This document shows positions 1-7,929 of a DNA stretch of 32,000 bases, in pieces. The stretch's first letter is position 1. Every line of letters starts with the position of its first letter. The DNA is from Edaphobacter aggregans. GTDB lineage: Bacteria > Acidobacteriota > Terriglobia > Terriglobales > Acidobacteriaceae. A program made the position numbers and the translations under genes. The stretch is taken from the NCBI RefSeq assembly GCF_003945235.1, contig NZ_RSDW01000001.1, positions 6,030,001 to 6,062,000 of the forward strand, read 5' to 3'. The notes under the pieces were generated by a model. That model did no database searches, was not told the origin of the DNA, and worked only from the letters and a program-made list of their open reading frames with translations.

Positions 1-1121
1 GCTTCGTTGCGCGGAGGGCCGTAGAGGAAGAGGTTCTGCTGCTCGGTGGTGAGCTGGTCGAAGGGCTTGCGGATGTCGATTTTGTATTTTTCGGCGGCCA
101 GCTTGATGAGGCGCAGCAGGTATTGTGAGGCTGAGCCGGGGCCCATGGCCCCATCCAGAAGTGGCTTGGACCAGTCGGAGATGGTTTTGGCGGGGTCGAA
201 GTCGTAGATGCTGCCTAGGCCGTGGCACTCGGGGCAGGCGCCGTAGGTGGAGTTGAAGGAGAAGCTGCGGGGCTCGAGGCGGGGGACGTTGATGCCGCAG
301 TCGGGACAGGCCATGGAGGAGCTGTAGAGGGTCTCGTCCTGGGCGCGGGTGGTGGGGTTCTGGATGCCGATGAGGACGAGGCCGTTGGCCATCTGGAGGG
401 CTTTGGCTACGGAGGCTTCGAGGCGGCGGGTGTCGTATTTGGGAGCGGCGTTGGCTAGCGCGGCGGTGGTGTTGTCCGGTGGAAGCGGCTTGAGGATGAT
501 GCGGTCGACGATGGCTTCGATGGTGTGGTTCTTGCGCTTTTCGAGGCGCATGCCCTCGGTGAGCTCGACCATTTCGCCGTCGACTCGGGCGCGGAAGCCT
601 TGTTGGTCGAGGGCTTCGAGCTCTTCGCGGAATTCGCCCTTGCGGCCACGGACGATGGGGGCGTAAATGGTGATGCGTTCGCCGGGGGCGAGGGCGACGA
701 TGCGCTCGACGATCTGGTCGGCGGACTGGCGGGAGATGGGGCGGGCGCAGTTGGGGCAGTGGGGCTGGCCGACGGAGGCGTAGAGGAGGCGGAGGTAGTC
801 GTAGATTTCGGTGATGGTGCCGACGGTGGAGCGGGGGCTGCGGGAGGTGGTTTTTTGCTCGATGGAGATGGCGGGGGAGAGGCCGTCGATGGCGTCGACG
901 TCGGGGCGCTCCATCTGGTCTAAAAATTGTCTGGCGTAGGCCGATAAGGTTTCTACGTAGCGGCGTTGGCCTTCAGCGTAGATGGTGTCGAAGGCGAGGG
1001 AGGATTTTCCGGAGCCAGAGAGGCCGGTGACGACTGTGAGGGTGTTGCGCGGGATGCTGACGTTGACGTTGCGCAGGTTATGCTGGCGTGCTCCGCGGAC
1101 GGTGATGTGTGTGATGCCCAT
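1..1121 (-). CDS. uvrA: Excinuclease ABC subunit A (UvrA), N-terminal ~373 aa; the rest lies beyond the window start
   Basis: Absent from the ORF track because it has no stop in the window. Reverse translation from ATG (CAT at 1119-1121) gives [76 protein letters not shown]..., which contains the Walker A motif GLSGSGKSS. Cys pairs CPNC, CPDCG and CPEC typical of the UvrA zinc modules follow. Confidence 0.95.
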   Translation of the reverse strand, partial: MGITHITVRGARQHNLRNVNVSIPRNTLTVVTGLSGSGKSSLAFDTIYAEGQRRYVETLSAYARQFLDQMERPDVDAIDGLSPAISIEQKTTSRSPRSTVGTITEIYDYLRLLYASVGQPHCPNCARPISRQSADQIVERIVALAPGERITIYAPIVRGRKGEFREELEALDQQGFRARVDGEMVELTEGMRLEKRKNHTIEAIVDRIILKPLPPDNTTAALANAAPKYDTRRLEASVAKALQMANGLVLIGIQNPTTRAQDETLYSSSMACPDCGINVPRLEPRSFSFNSTYGACPECHGLGSIYDFDPAKTISDWSKPLLDGAMGPGSASQYLLRLIKLAAEKYKIDIRKPFDQLTTEQQNLFLYGPPRNE

Positions 1122-1414
1122 GGTAGGTGTGGCCCTGGCTGCTTCGAGGGCCAAGTCTCTAGGATACGGCATTTCGGAGACTGGCTGGGTTGGGAGTGAG
1201 TTGGCCCGATTGCCGGGACTATCGACGGATGCCAGGGGATCTGCGCTGGCACGGGCCTTGGGCAACCGAATGTGGGAGATATGTATCCGAAGATGCAATA
1301 GGTAAGGACGTTTGGGGCATTGTAAATCCTTGCCGGTTTGCAACAATGGTGTACGGATAGAGCTGAGTGTGCCTGCAGGAATGGGCGCGGCTGGAAAAGA
1401 TAGAGGGAGTGGTT

Positions 1415-1591
1415 GTGAATTCGTCGATTGTGTTGGTTTCTGCGGTGTTGGCGTCGTTGGCGGTGGGTGTGGTGTTTGCCTATGGAGTCTGCATCGCGAT
1501 GTTCAGTATCTTCCGTATTCACGCTCGTCAGGTGGCTGCTGTGAGGCTGGCGCGGAGTGTGGTGGCTCAGACGCAGGTGGTGGAAGGCTAA
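1415..1591 (+). CDS. Hypothetical small membrane protein (58 aa, one hydrophobic helix)
   Basis: In-frame part of track ORF 1367..1591. GTG at 1415 lies 5 nt after AGGGAG (1404-1409). The product [33 protein letters not shown]... is a plausible single TM segment. I recognise no homology. Confidence 0.3.
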   Translation: MNSSIVLVSAVLASLAVGVVFAYGVCIAMFSIFRIHARQVAAVRLARSVVAQTQVVEG

Positions 1592-1642
1592 ACGTCTCGC
1601 TTAGATTTGATATGTTTTGAAATGATGAAAATTTGAGCTGGG

Positions 1643-2401
1643 CTATTTGGGCGGATTGCTCTGCTGTTGTTGGCGCAGACGCATGAGCTCGTCGTAGATT
1701 TGCTGGGGTGTCTTGACTCCGTTGGGGGACTGCTGCTGCGTGGAGTCCGCTGGGGGCGGAGTGGGGGCAGCTGTTTCCGGGTTGTTCTGCACAGGAGTTG
1801 ACGAGGTCGCTGGCGTTGCTGCCGGTTGTGGTGGCTGCGTCTGCGGCGGATTGGGTTGGACAGCTTCAGGGGCCGGGCGCGAGGGTGGTTCTTCTGGTTC
1901 GTTGTCGTCGAAGCGGGCCGCGTTCGGATTCGGAGGTGTTGGACCGCCCATCCGCGGGGTAAGGATCAGTTCCGCAGGAGCGGAGGTCGTGCTCTGGACA
2001 AGGACCATGTTGCTGGCTGTGCCGTCGAGGAGAGATGCGAGCACTTGTGAAGCCGCTGCGGGGCCATATTCGCCAAAGACGCGCTCGTCGGCTACGCCAC
2101 CGGTGATCTTGATGCCGGTCTGGTGGGATATCTCGCGAAGTATCTGGTTGAGGCTGGAATTACTTGCCGAGACGGTGAGCTTGTCGTCGGAGTAGGTGAC
2201 CCTGGCGTGTTGTGCAGGCAGTTGCGCGGGAGTTGGCGGGAGGGGCGGAGGCGTCTGGGTAGGCTGCGTTGCCGGAAGCACAGAGGTGACAGGGGCTGTC
2301 GTTGATGGATGCTGCGATGCGGATCTTGACTGGGCGTGGACCAGCGCGGCTGCGGAGATGCAGGTTACAGCGGCGAGCCGGATTGGCCGGGAACGTGACA
2401 T
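1643..2401 (-). CDS. Secreted proline-rich protein with an STN-like (secretin/TonB N-terminal-like) central domain
   Basis: Track ORF 1643..2629 trimmed to the internal ATG at 2401. That start gives MSRSRPIRLAAVTCISAAALVHAQ, a signal peptide. The central segment LTVSASNSSLNQILREISHQTGIKITG...ASQVLASLLDGTASNMVL has the L..aL..la..tG...LL.gt pattern of STN domains. The flanks are P/Q/T-rich low-complexity sequence. Confidence 0.7.
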   Translation of the reverse strand: MSRSRPIRLAAVTCISAAALVHAQSRSASQHPSTTAPVTSVLPATQPTQTPPPLPPTPAQLPAQHARVTYSDDKLTVSASNSSLNQILREISHQTGIKITGGVADERVFGEYGPAAASQVLASLLDGTASNMVLVQSTTSAPAELILTPRMGGPTPPNPNAARFDDNEPEEPPSRPAPEAVQPNPPQTQPPQPAATPATSSTPVQNNPETAAPTPPPADSTQQQSPNGVKTPQQIYDELMRLRQQQQSNPPK

Positions 2402-2479
2402 CTGTCGGTAGGACGCGTGACGGCGGTGGATGTCACCGGAGTGTGGCGTCAGTTGTAAGACAAGTCTAACGCGAGTCGG

Positions 2480-2510
2480 CCACGGATGAACGCGGATTGG
2501 CTGGATAAGG
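2480..2510. repeat. CGGAT/TGGAT phased short repeat (cCACGGATgaacgCGGATtggcTGGATaagg)
   Basis: [C/T]GGAT occurs at 2483, 2493 and 2502 (spacing 10 and 9) in a divergent promoter region. It shares CACGGAT and CGCGGAT with the 5961-5990 copy, and CGCGGATTGG with 14959-14968. Confidence 0.5.
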
Positions 2511-2620
2511 AATTTCATATGACAACTGGGTGAGCTGGGTTGTACTAGACTGTCTTTTTGGCTCGCGTGGGAGCGTTTCGTATGCGAATAAGAATTGAAC
2601 GCAGAGGCAAAGTGGAAACC

Positions 2621-3643
2621 ATGATGCATGGGATGAAGAGATTAGGGATCGCTGCGGTGCTGATGCTTGCGATTTCTGGATATCTGCACGCAGACGATTG
2701 CATTACCCAATCGGCGATGAAACCGGTGGAACGAGATGCACTCGCGACGGCTGCGCGGGGATTGGCTGCGAAGGTGCAAGCTGGGGATGTGGCTGGTCTG
2801 CGTGGCGCTACAGTAGCCGAGTACGCGAAGGATTTTGGCGGGATTGAGTATGTCGTAAGCAGTACGGCTCCGAAGCTGAAGGGCGGGACCCTGGTGGTGG
2901 AACAGGTCTATCTGCTGGATGGTACGCAGTTGACGCGGGGAGCCGATGGTTCTGCTCCGGATGCGCAGTTCTTCTGCACGCTGAACCACTCGATGGCGGA
3001 GGCGGACTTTTTGATTCCGGGCTTACCTCCGGGAAGTTACGGGTTCGCGATTGTGAATGTGGAGGGCACGGCATCGCCCTGGCGGCTCTCTTTCTTGGTG
3101 CGGAAGGAGCAGGGACAGTGGCAGATGGCGGGCTTTTATCCGACGCCTCTGTCGGCGGCTGGGCATGATGGTATTTGGTACTGGAAGGAAGCTCGGGCCA
3201 TGGCTGCGCGCAAGGAACAGTGGAATGCATGGCTCTACTATCAGCAGGCGGAGAGTCTGCTGCGACCGACGAGTTTCATCCAGAGCACGCACCTTGAGAA
3301 GTTGAAGACCGAGCAGGCTTCGGCGACGCCTCCAGCAGTCTCTGATGGCGTGAGCAAGGATGCTCCGCTGGTGGTGAAGGGCGCGGATGGCGCGGAGTAT
3401 CGGTTTACTGGCCTGGGCGTGGATGATTCGTTGGGAAAAGACAAGATCGACATCATGGCGCATTTGAAGATCGATCAACAGGGTGACGTTGCCGCGACTC
3501 ACAAATTAAGTGCGAGCGCCGCGGGTGCGTTACTGGGGGCCTATCCTGAGATGCGCAAGCCGTTTCATGGGGTGTGGATTGTCGCTGAAGTGGCGGGACA
3601 GAACCCGTTCGCTACAGAGTTTCCGGTGTCTGAAATTCACTAG
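2621..3643 (+). CDS. Hypothetical exported protein (about 340 aa), ends in VSEIH
   Basis: Track ORF 2558..3643. The start is probably ATG at 2621 or 2633, just before the signal peptide MKRLGIAAVLMLAISGYLHA. I recognise no family. Confidence 0.7.
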   Translation: MMHGMKRLGIAAVLMLAISGYLHADDCITQSAMKPVERDALATAARGLAAKVQAGDVAGLRGATVAEYAKDFGGIEYVVSSTAPKLKGGTLVVEQVYLLDGTQLTRGADGSAPDAQFFCTLNHSMAEADFLIPGLPPGSYGFAIVNVEGTASPWRLSFLVRKEQGQWQMAGFYPTPLSAAGHDGIWYWKEARAMAARKEQWNAWLYYQQAESLLRPTSFIQSTHLEKLKTEQASATPPAVSDGVSKDAPLVVKGADGAEYRFTGLGVDDSLGKDKIDIMAHLKIDQQGDVAATHKLSASAAGALLGAYPEMRKPFHGVWIVAEVAGQNPFATEFPVSEIH

Positions 3644-3680
3644 CATGCGGGCCTGATATAGCGATTTCGTGCAGACGGCA

Positions 3681-3724
3681 GGATGAGGCTGTGTGATGCT
3701 GGTTTCATCCCCCGGTGTTATTTT
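3681..3724 (+). terminator. Weak candidate intrinsic terminator after the 2621..3643 gene
   Basis: GGATGA (3681-3686) pairs with TCATCC (3705-3710), extendable by G-U pairs. A T-run (TTATTTT) follows only after a 9-nt gap. Confidence 0.25.
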
Positions 3725-3807
3725 AAGAAATCATTTTGGCAGAAAATAGTAATGGGCGTGAAGTCCAACGATAGTCTTGCTGGGCTGCGGCGGCATCCTA
3801 GTGAGCA

Positions 3808-4470
3808 ATGAGAAAGAGCGCGATGACGAAAAACAAGAAGACTTTGAGTCAGGCAATCCAGGAGAGACGAGCGAGTCCCAGCTTTGATGGAGCGCCGATT
3901 CCGCCTGAAGACCTGAAGCTGATTCTTGAAGCCGGTCTTAGTGCGCCGAGCGGATACAACATGCAACCCTGGCGGTTTATCGTGGTGCAGTCGCCGGAGC
4001 AGAAGAAGCGGTTGCGCGCGGCCAGTTATAACCAGGCCAAGGTCGAAGAGGCCTCCGCTGTAATTGTGGCGTGTGGCGATGCGGATGGGTGGAGGAAGGA
4101 TCTCGACCTGATGCTCCAGCTTGGTCGCGAAGGCGGCATGCCAGAGAGCTACGCCGCACAGGCACGGAGCAGCGTTCCGAATTATCTTTCCAGCTTCACG
4201 AGCGAACAGATGCGCGCGTGGTTGAACAAGCAGGTGATGCTGGCGTTCACGCATATGCTGCTAATGGCTGAGGTGATGGGGTACGACACGGCTCCGATGG
4301 AGGGTTTTGAGCAGGACAAGGTTCATGAGGTGCTGCGGTTGCCGTTGAGTTATTGGGTGGTGGCACTGCTGGCGGTGGGACATGTGAATGGCTCCGACAA
4401 GTTTTACGGTGGACGCTTTGAGATGGGGCATACGGTGTTCGGTGAAGAGTTTGGCAAGCCGCTGAAGTGA
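3808..4470 (+). CDS. Nitroreductase family protein (FMN-dependent oxidoreductase)
   Basis: The 220-aa ORF contains RRASPSFDGAPIP...LEAGLSAPSGYNMQPWRFIVV and ...DTAPMEGF, both typical nitroreductase-fold motifs. An alternative start is ATG at 3823. Confidence 0.9.
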   Translation: MRKSAMTKNKKTLSQAIQERRASPSFDGAPIPPEDLKLILEAGLSAPSGYNMQPWRFIVVQSPEQKKRLRAASYNQAKVEEASAVIVACGDADGWRKDLDLMLQLGREGGMPESYAAQARSSVPNYLSSFTSEQMRAWLNKQVMLAFTHMLLMAEVMGYDTAPMEGFEQDKVHEVLRLPLSYWVVALLAVGHVNGSDKFYGGRFEMGHTVFGEEFGKPLK

Positions 4471-4949
4471 CACAGGACGGATCCAAGATAAGGGCAGGAC
4501 GCGAGTATCCTTCGGCTCCCATGGTGGGGGTGGCCGCAGTGGTGGTTCGTAGTGCGGATGTTTTGCTGATTCGTCGGGGGCGAGAGCCGATGCTGGGTGC
4601 GTGGTCGCTGCCGGGCGGCGTGCTGGAGGTGGGTGAGACAACGGCTGAGGGTGTAGCTCGTGAGGTGTGGGAGGAGACAGGGTTGAGGGTTCGTCCCGTG
4701 GAGATGATTGCCATGCTGGACCGGATCGTTCGCGACGATGTTGGGAGAGTGCGATTTCATTATGTGCTGATCGAGTGGTTGTGTGTTGTGGGGGAAGAGC
4801 CGGGAATTGAACTGGTCTGCGGTGATGACGCGACGGATGCTGTGTGGGTGGCGCGGAGTGAGATTTATTCGGAGACTTACGGACTGACGGAGCCTACACT
4901 AGGCGTGATTGAAAAAGCACTGAAGCTCGCGGAGACGATAGAGAGATGA
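4467..4949 (+). CDS. NUDIX hydrolase
   Basis: Nudix box GGVLEVGETTAEGVAREVWEETGL matches GX5EX7REUXEEXGU. The GTG start at 4467 overlaps the upstream TGA (GTGA). An alternative start is ATG at 4521. Confidence 0.9.
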   Translation: MTQDGSKIRAGREYPSAPMVGVAAVVVRSADVLLIRRGREPMLGAWSLPGGVLEVGETTAEGVAREVWEETGLRVRPVEMIAMLDRIVRDDVGRVRFHYVLIEWLCVVGEEPGIELVCGDDATDAVWVARSEIYSETYGLTEPTLGVIEKALKLAETIER

Positions 4950-5905
4950 AGATGGCGCAGCGGATTGTTGCTCTTCTCGTGCTCGTTCTGGTGGTGGCTG
5001 GTACGGTGTTTTTCTGGAACCCGCTGTGGGTGGCCGATCAACAGATTCGATACCATCTGTGGCGGGAGGGCGTCGAGAGCAAGTATGTAGAGGCTGGCGG
5101 CTATCGGATGCACTACTTTGAGGCTCCGGCAGCTAAGGGAACTGCAGGGACTCCCCTGGTGTTGGTGCATGGGCTCGGTGCGCGAGGCGAAGATTGGCGG
5201 GTGATGATTCCTGCTCTGGCGGCGAAGGGCTTTCATGTTTATGCGCCCGATCTGATTGGGTATGGGCGGTCGCCGAAGCCTGATGCGAACTACTCGATCG
5301 CCATGGAAGAGGCGGCGGTGATGCATTTTATGGATGCAGTGCATCTTTCGCGTGCCGATGTGGGTGGATGGTCGATGGGTGGATGGATTGCGATGAAGCT
5401 GGCACTGGACCATCCTGAACTGGTGGATCGATTGGTGGTGTATGACAGCGCGGGAATTTATTTTCCGCCGGCGTTTGGGCCTGAGCTGTTTGTTCCGACA
5501 GACGCTGGGGGTGTGCGGAAGCTGATGGCGACGCTCTCGCCGGAGCCGCACGATCTGCCGGACTTTGTGACGAGAGATGTGCTGCGGAAGTTTGCGCATG
5601 ATGGGTGGGTGATCCAACGTAGCATGGTTGCCATGGAGAGCGGACACGATCTGCTGGATTTCAGGCTGCATCAACTTGAGCGCCCGACGCTGATTGTGTG
5701 GGGCGGGAAGGACGAGTTGATACCGCTCTCGGTCGGAGAGAAGTTACATGAGCTGATTCCTCACTCCGCGTTGCGCGTAGTGGAAGGCTGTGGGCACATG
5801 GCTCCGCTGGAGTGTTCGAAGCCAGTGGTGGCGAGTACGGTGGATTTTTTGCGGGCTGACCCACCGATCGAAGGTGGGGAGAAGGTTATTTCGGCGGCAA
5901 AGTAG
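4946..5905 (+). CDS. Alpha/beta-fold hydrolase with N-terminal membrane anchor
   Basis: HGLG oxyanion motif (LVLVHGLGARGEDW), nucleophile elbow GWSMGG, and a C-terminal His motif (GCGHM). The N-terminus is hydrophobic (IVALLVLVLVVAGTVFF). The ATG at 4946 overlaps the NUDIX stop (ATGA). Confidence 0.9.
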   Translation: MKMAQRIVALLVLVLVVAGTVFFWNPLWVADQQIRYHLWREGVESKYVEAGGYRMHYFEAPAAKGTAGTPLVLVHGLGARGEDWRVMIPALAAKGFHVYAPDLIGYGRSPKPDANYSIAMEEAAVMHFMDAVHLSRADVGGWSMGGWIAMKLALDHPELVDRLVVYDSAGIYFPPAFGPELFVPTDAGGVRKLMATLSPEPHDLPDFVTRDVLRKFAHDGWVIQRSMVAMESGHDLLDFRLHQLERPTLIVWGGKDELIPLSVGEKLHELIPHSALRVVEGCGHMAPLECSKPVVASTVDFLRADPPIEGGEKVISAAK

Positions 5906-5960
5906 AGGCTAAGTGCCTAACATCGATTTGCACCGATGACACCGATCCAAGACTTCGACC

Positions 5961-5990
5961 ACGGATTTTTCCGGATGGCCGCGGATATTT
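5961..5990. repeat. Three CGGAT units with exact 10-bp phasing (aCGGATttttcCGGATggccgCGGATattt)
   Basis: CGGAT occurs at 5962, 5972 and 5982, in the convergent spacer between the alpha/beta hydrolase and ubiX. Related copies are at 2480-2510 and 27440-27465. Confidence 0.6.
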
Positions 5991-6023
5991 AAAAGCGATT
6001 CGATTTTGAAGGGCGCACGCCGA

Positions 6024-6638
6024 TTAGTCGGGTTGCCATTGGTAGGCTCCGGGCTGCGGGAGGCCGATGTGTGCGAGGACTCGGTTGACGAACTGACGGG
6101 CCATCTCGGTGGTGCTTTGCGGAAGATTGTAGAGCGTAGGGATGGTGGGGAAGATGGTGGCTCCGGCGTCGGATGCGAGTTGCATGTTGCGCAGGTGGAT
6201 TCGATTAAGCGGAGTTTCGCGAACGCAGAGGATGAGTGGACGACGCTCCTTGAGGCAGACGTCGGCTGCGCGTTGAATGAGATTCGAGGCCAGGCCGTTG
6301 GCGATGGCTGCGAGCGTTCCCATGGAGCAGGGAAGGATGATCATGCCATCGGAGGGATAGCTGCCGCTGGCGATGTTTGCACCGATGTCGTTGTCGGTAA
6401 GGTGCTGCAGCTTCGGACATGATGCGCCGAGAAGTTTTTCGGGCAGATCGTTGCGTCCGCTGAACTGGAGTTCTTCGGCGATGACGCGTAGGGAATTTTC
6501 TGAGGCGACGAAGTTAATTTTCGTAATACGGGCGTCGGCGGCGAGGGCGCGGAGCATTTCGGCCGCGTAGATGGAACCGCTGGCGCCGGTGACGGCGAGC
6601 GTGATGTTGTGCGGTGAATTGAGGGAGGAATCAGACAC
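6024..6638 (-). CDS. ubiX: Flavin prenyltransferase UbiX
   Basis: The 204-aa product is a UbiX/Pad1 flavoprotein. Motifs: ITLAVTGASGSIYA..., ...MIILPCSMGTLAAIANGLASNLIQRAADVCLKERRPLILCVRETPL... Confidence 0.92.
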   Translation of the reverse strand: MSDSSLNSPHNITLAVTGASGSIYAAEMLRALAADARITKINFVASENSLRVIAEELQFSGRNDLPEKLLGASCPKLQHLTDNDIGANIASGSYPSDGMIILPCSMGTLAAIANGLASNLIQRAADVCLKERRPLILCVRETPLNRIHLRNMQLASDAGATIFPTIPTLYNLPQSTTEMARQFVNRVLAHIGLPQPGAYQWQPD

Positions 6639-6647
6639 ATCAATGAT

Positions 6648-6665
6648 TATCGCCGATCGGCGATA
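6648..6665. promoter_or_regulatory. Perfect 18-bp palindrome TATCGCCGATCGGCGATA in the ubiX / 6746 divergent promoter region
   Basis: Read directly from the sequence; it is its own reverse complement. It lies 10 nt upstream of the ubiX start and 81 nt upstream of the 6746 start. Confidence 0.5.
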
Positions 6666-6745
6666 TGTGAATGTCTATGCAAGTTTTCTGCATGTTTCAC
6701 CACAACTTTTTTCCCGTTTTTGGCGTCGTATTAAGAGAGATATCC

Positions 6746-7900
6746 ATGAAAAAAAATGGGAGCAGGAATAGAACTGGTTTTGAAATTGTGAGGAGCCACG
6801 CAGCTGGTGTTTTGCTGTGTGTGGCGCTGTTGTTGGGTGGTGTGCGAGGGTATGGATCCGTTGCGCTGCTAATGGGTGAACCGTATGGAACGCTGGGCGG
6901 TATGTCTCCTACGGGTCATGCTGCAATTTATCTGAATCGGGTGTGCGCGGAGACGCCAACACGACTGAGGATGTGTCATCGCGGCGAGTTTGGAGTTGTA
7001 GTAAGCCGCTATAGCGGGATAGCTGGTTATGACTGGATCGCGATTCCGCTCATTCCTTATCTGTATGCCGTTGACAACTTGAGTGAAGCTCCGCAGAGCG
7101 TGGATGCGGCCGATGTTCGTGCCCTGCGCGATGCGTATCGGCGTGAACACCTGATGACGCTTGCCCCGGACGACAAGGATCAGAAGACCCCAGGCGGGGG
7201 GTGGGTTGAACTGGTGGGCGCATCGTATGACAGAACGATCCACGTATTCGAGGCGCAGACTACAAGGGAGCAGGACGAGCGGTTTGTTGAACTGTATAAC
7301 GACAAGAAGAATGTCAGTCACTTCAACTTCTTTTTGAATAACTGCGCTGACTTCTCGAAGAACGTTTTGAATTTTTATTTCCCACACGCCGTTCACAAGA
7401 ACTACATCTCGGATGTCGGCTTGACGACTCCGAAACAGGACGCGCGATCGCTTACGAAGTATGGAAAGAAACATCCTGAATTGGAGCTTACGGCGTATGT
7501 GATTCCGCAGGTTCCAGGAAGTCTCAAACGCAGTACGTCTGTAAATGGAGTTGTGGAGGCGCTGGTGAAGAGCAAGCGCTATGTGGTTCCACTTGCGATT
7601 CTGCATCCGGAGTTTACGGGCGGATTACTGGTGGTGTACCTGAGCAATGGACGCTTCAATCCGTCGAAAAATGCGCAGCCGTTTAAGATCGTGGCTGCAG
7701 ATGATAATGCCACGAGGGATGAGACGGGTGATCTCGTCGATGGAAATGCTGTGGCCGGGCTGGAGATGACGGCTCCAAAGATGCCCGATACTTTACCGAC
7801 GCAATTGATGACGTCTGATACTGGGCTGGTGGAAATTGCGTACCCGGAGGCTTTACCCGCCGGGAGTTCTTCGCTTATCGATATATCCGAAATTCATTAG
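6746..7900 (+). CDS. Hypothetical exported/membrane-anchored protein with a His ... Asn-Cys motif pair (possible DUF4105-like or LRAT/NlpC-like papain-fold domain); ends in ISEIH
   Basis: Track ORF 6671..7900 trimmed to ATG at 6746 (MKKNGSRNRTG...AAGVLLCVALLLGGVRG). The motifs SPTGHAAIYLNRV and HFNFFLNNCADFSKNVLNF resemble the His and NC(x)F motifs of those families. The family assignment is from memory and tentative. Confidence 0.7.
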   Translation: MKKNGSRNRTGFEIVRSHAAGVLLCVALLLGGVRGYGSVALLMGEPYGTLGGMSPTGHAAIYLNRVCAETPTRLRMCHRGEFGVVVSRYSGIAGYDWIAIPLIPYLYAVDNLSEAPQSVDAADVRALRDAYRREHLMTLAPDDKDQKTPGGGWVELVGASYDRTIHVFEAQTTREQDERFVELYNDKKNVSHFNFFLNNCADFSKNVLNFYFPHAVHKNYISDVGLTTPKQDARSLTKYGKKHPELELTAYVIPQVPGSLKRSTSVNGVVEALVKSKRYVVPLAILHPEFTGGLLVVYLSNGRFNPSKNAQPFKIVAADDNATRDETGDLVDGNAVAGLEMTAPKMPDTLPTQLMTSDTGLVEIAYPEALPAGSSSLIDISEIH

Positions 7901-7929
7901 ACATTCGCGTGGCTGTTTAGAGGCCGGAA

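Noticed and set aside
1643-2629. Full 328-aa version of the proline-rich protein ORF starting at 2629
   Set aside because: The first 76 codons lack any signal and overlap the divergent promoter and the CGGAT repeat. The internal ATG at 2401 gives a clean signal peptide.
5906-6023. Intrinsic terminator between the convergent alpha/beta hydrolase and ubiX genes
   Set aside because: Only a 4-bp CGGA/TCCG hairpin is present. The spacer is dominated by the phased CGGAT direct repeats rather than a stable stem with a U-tract.
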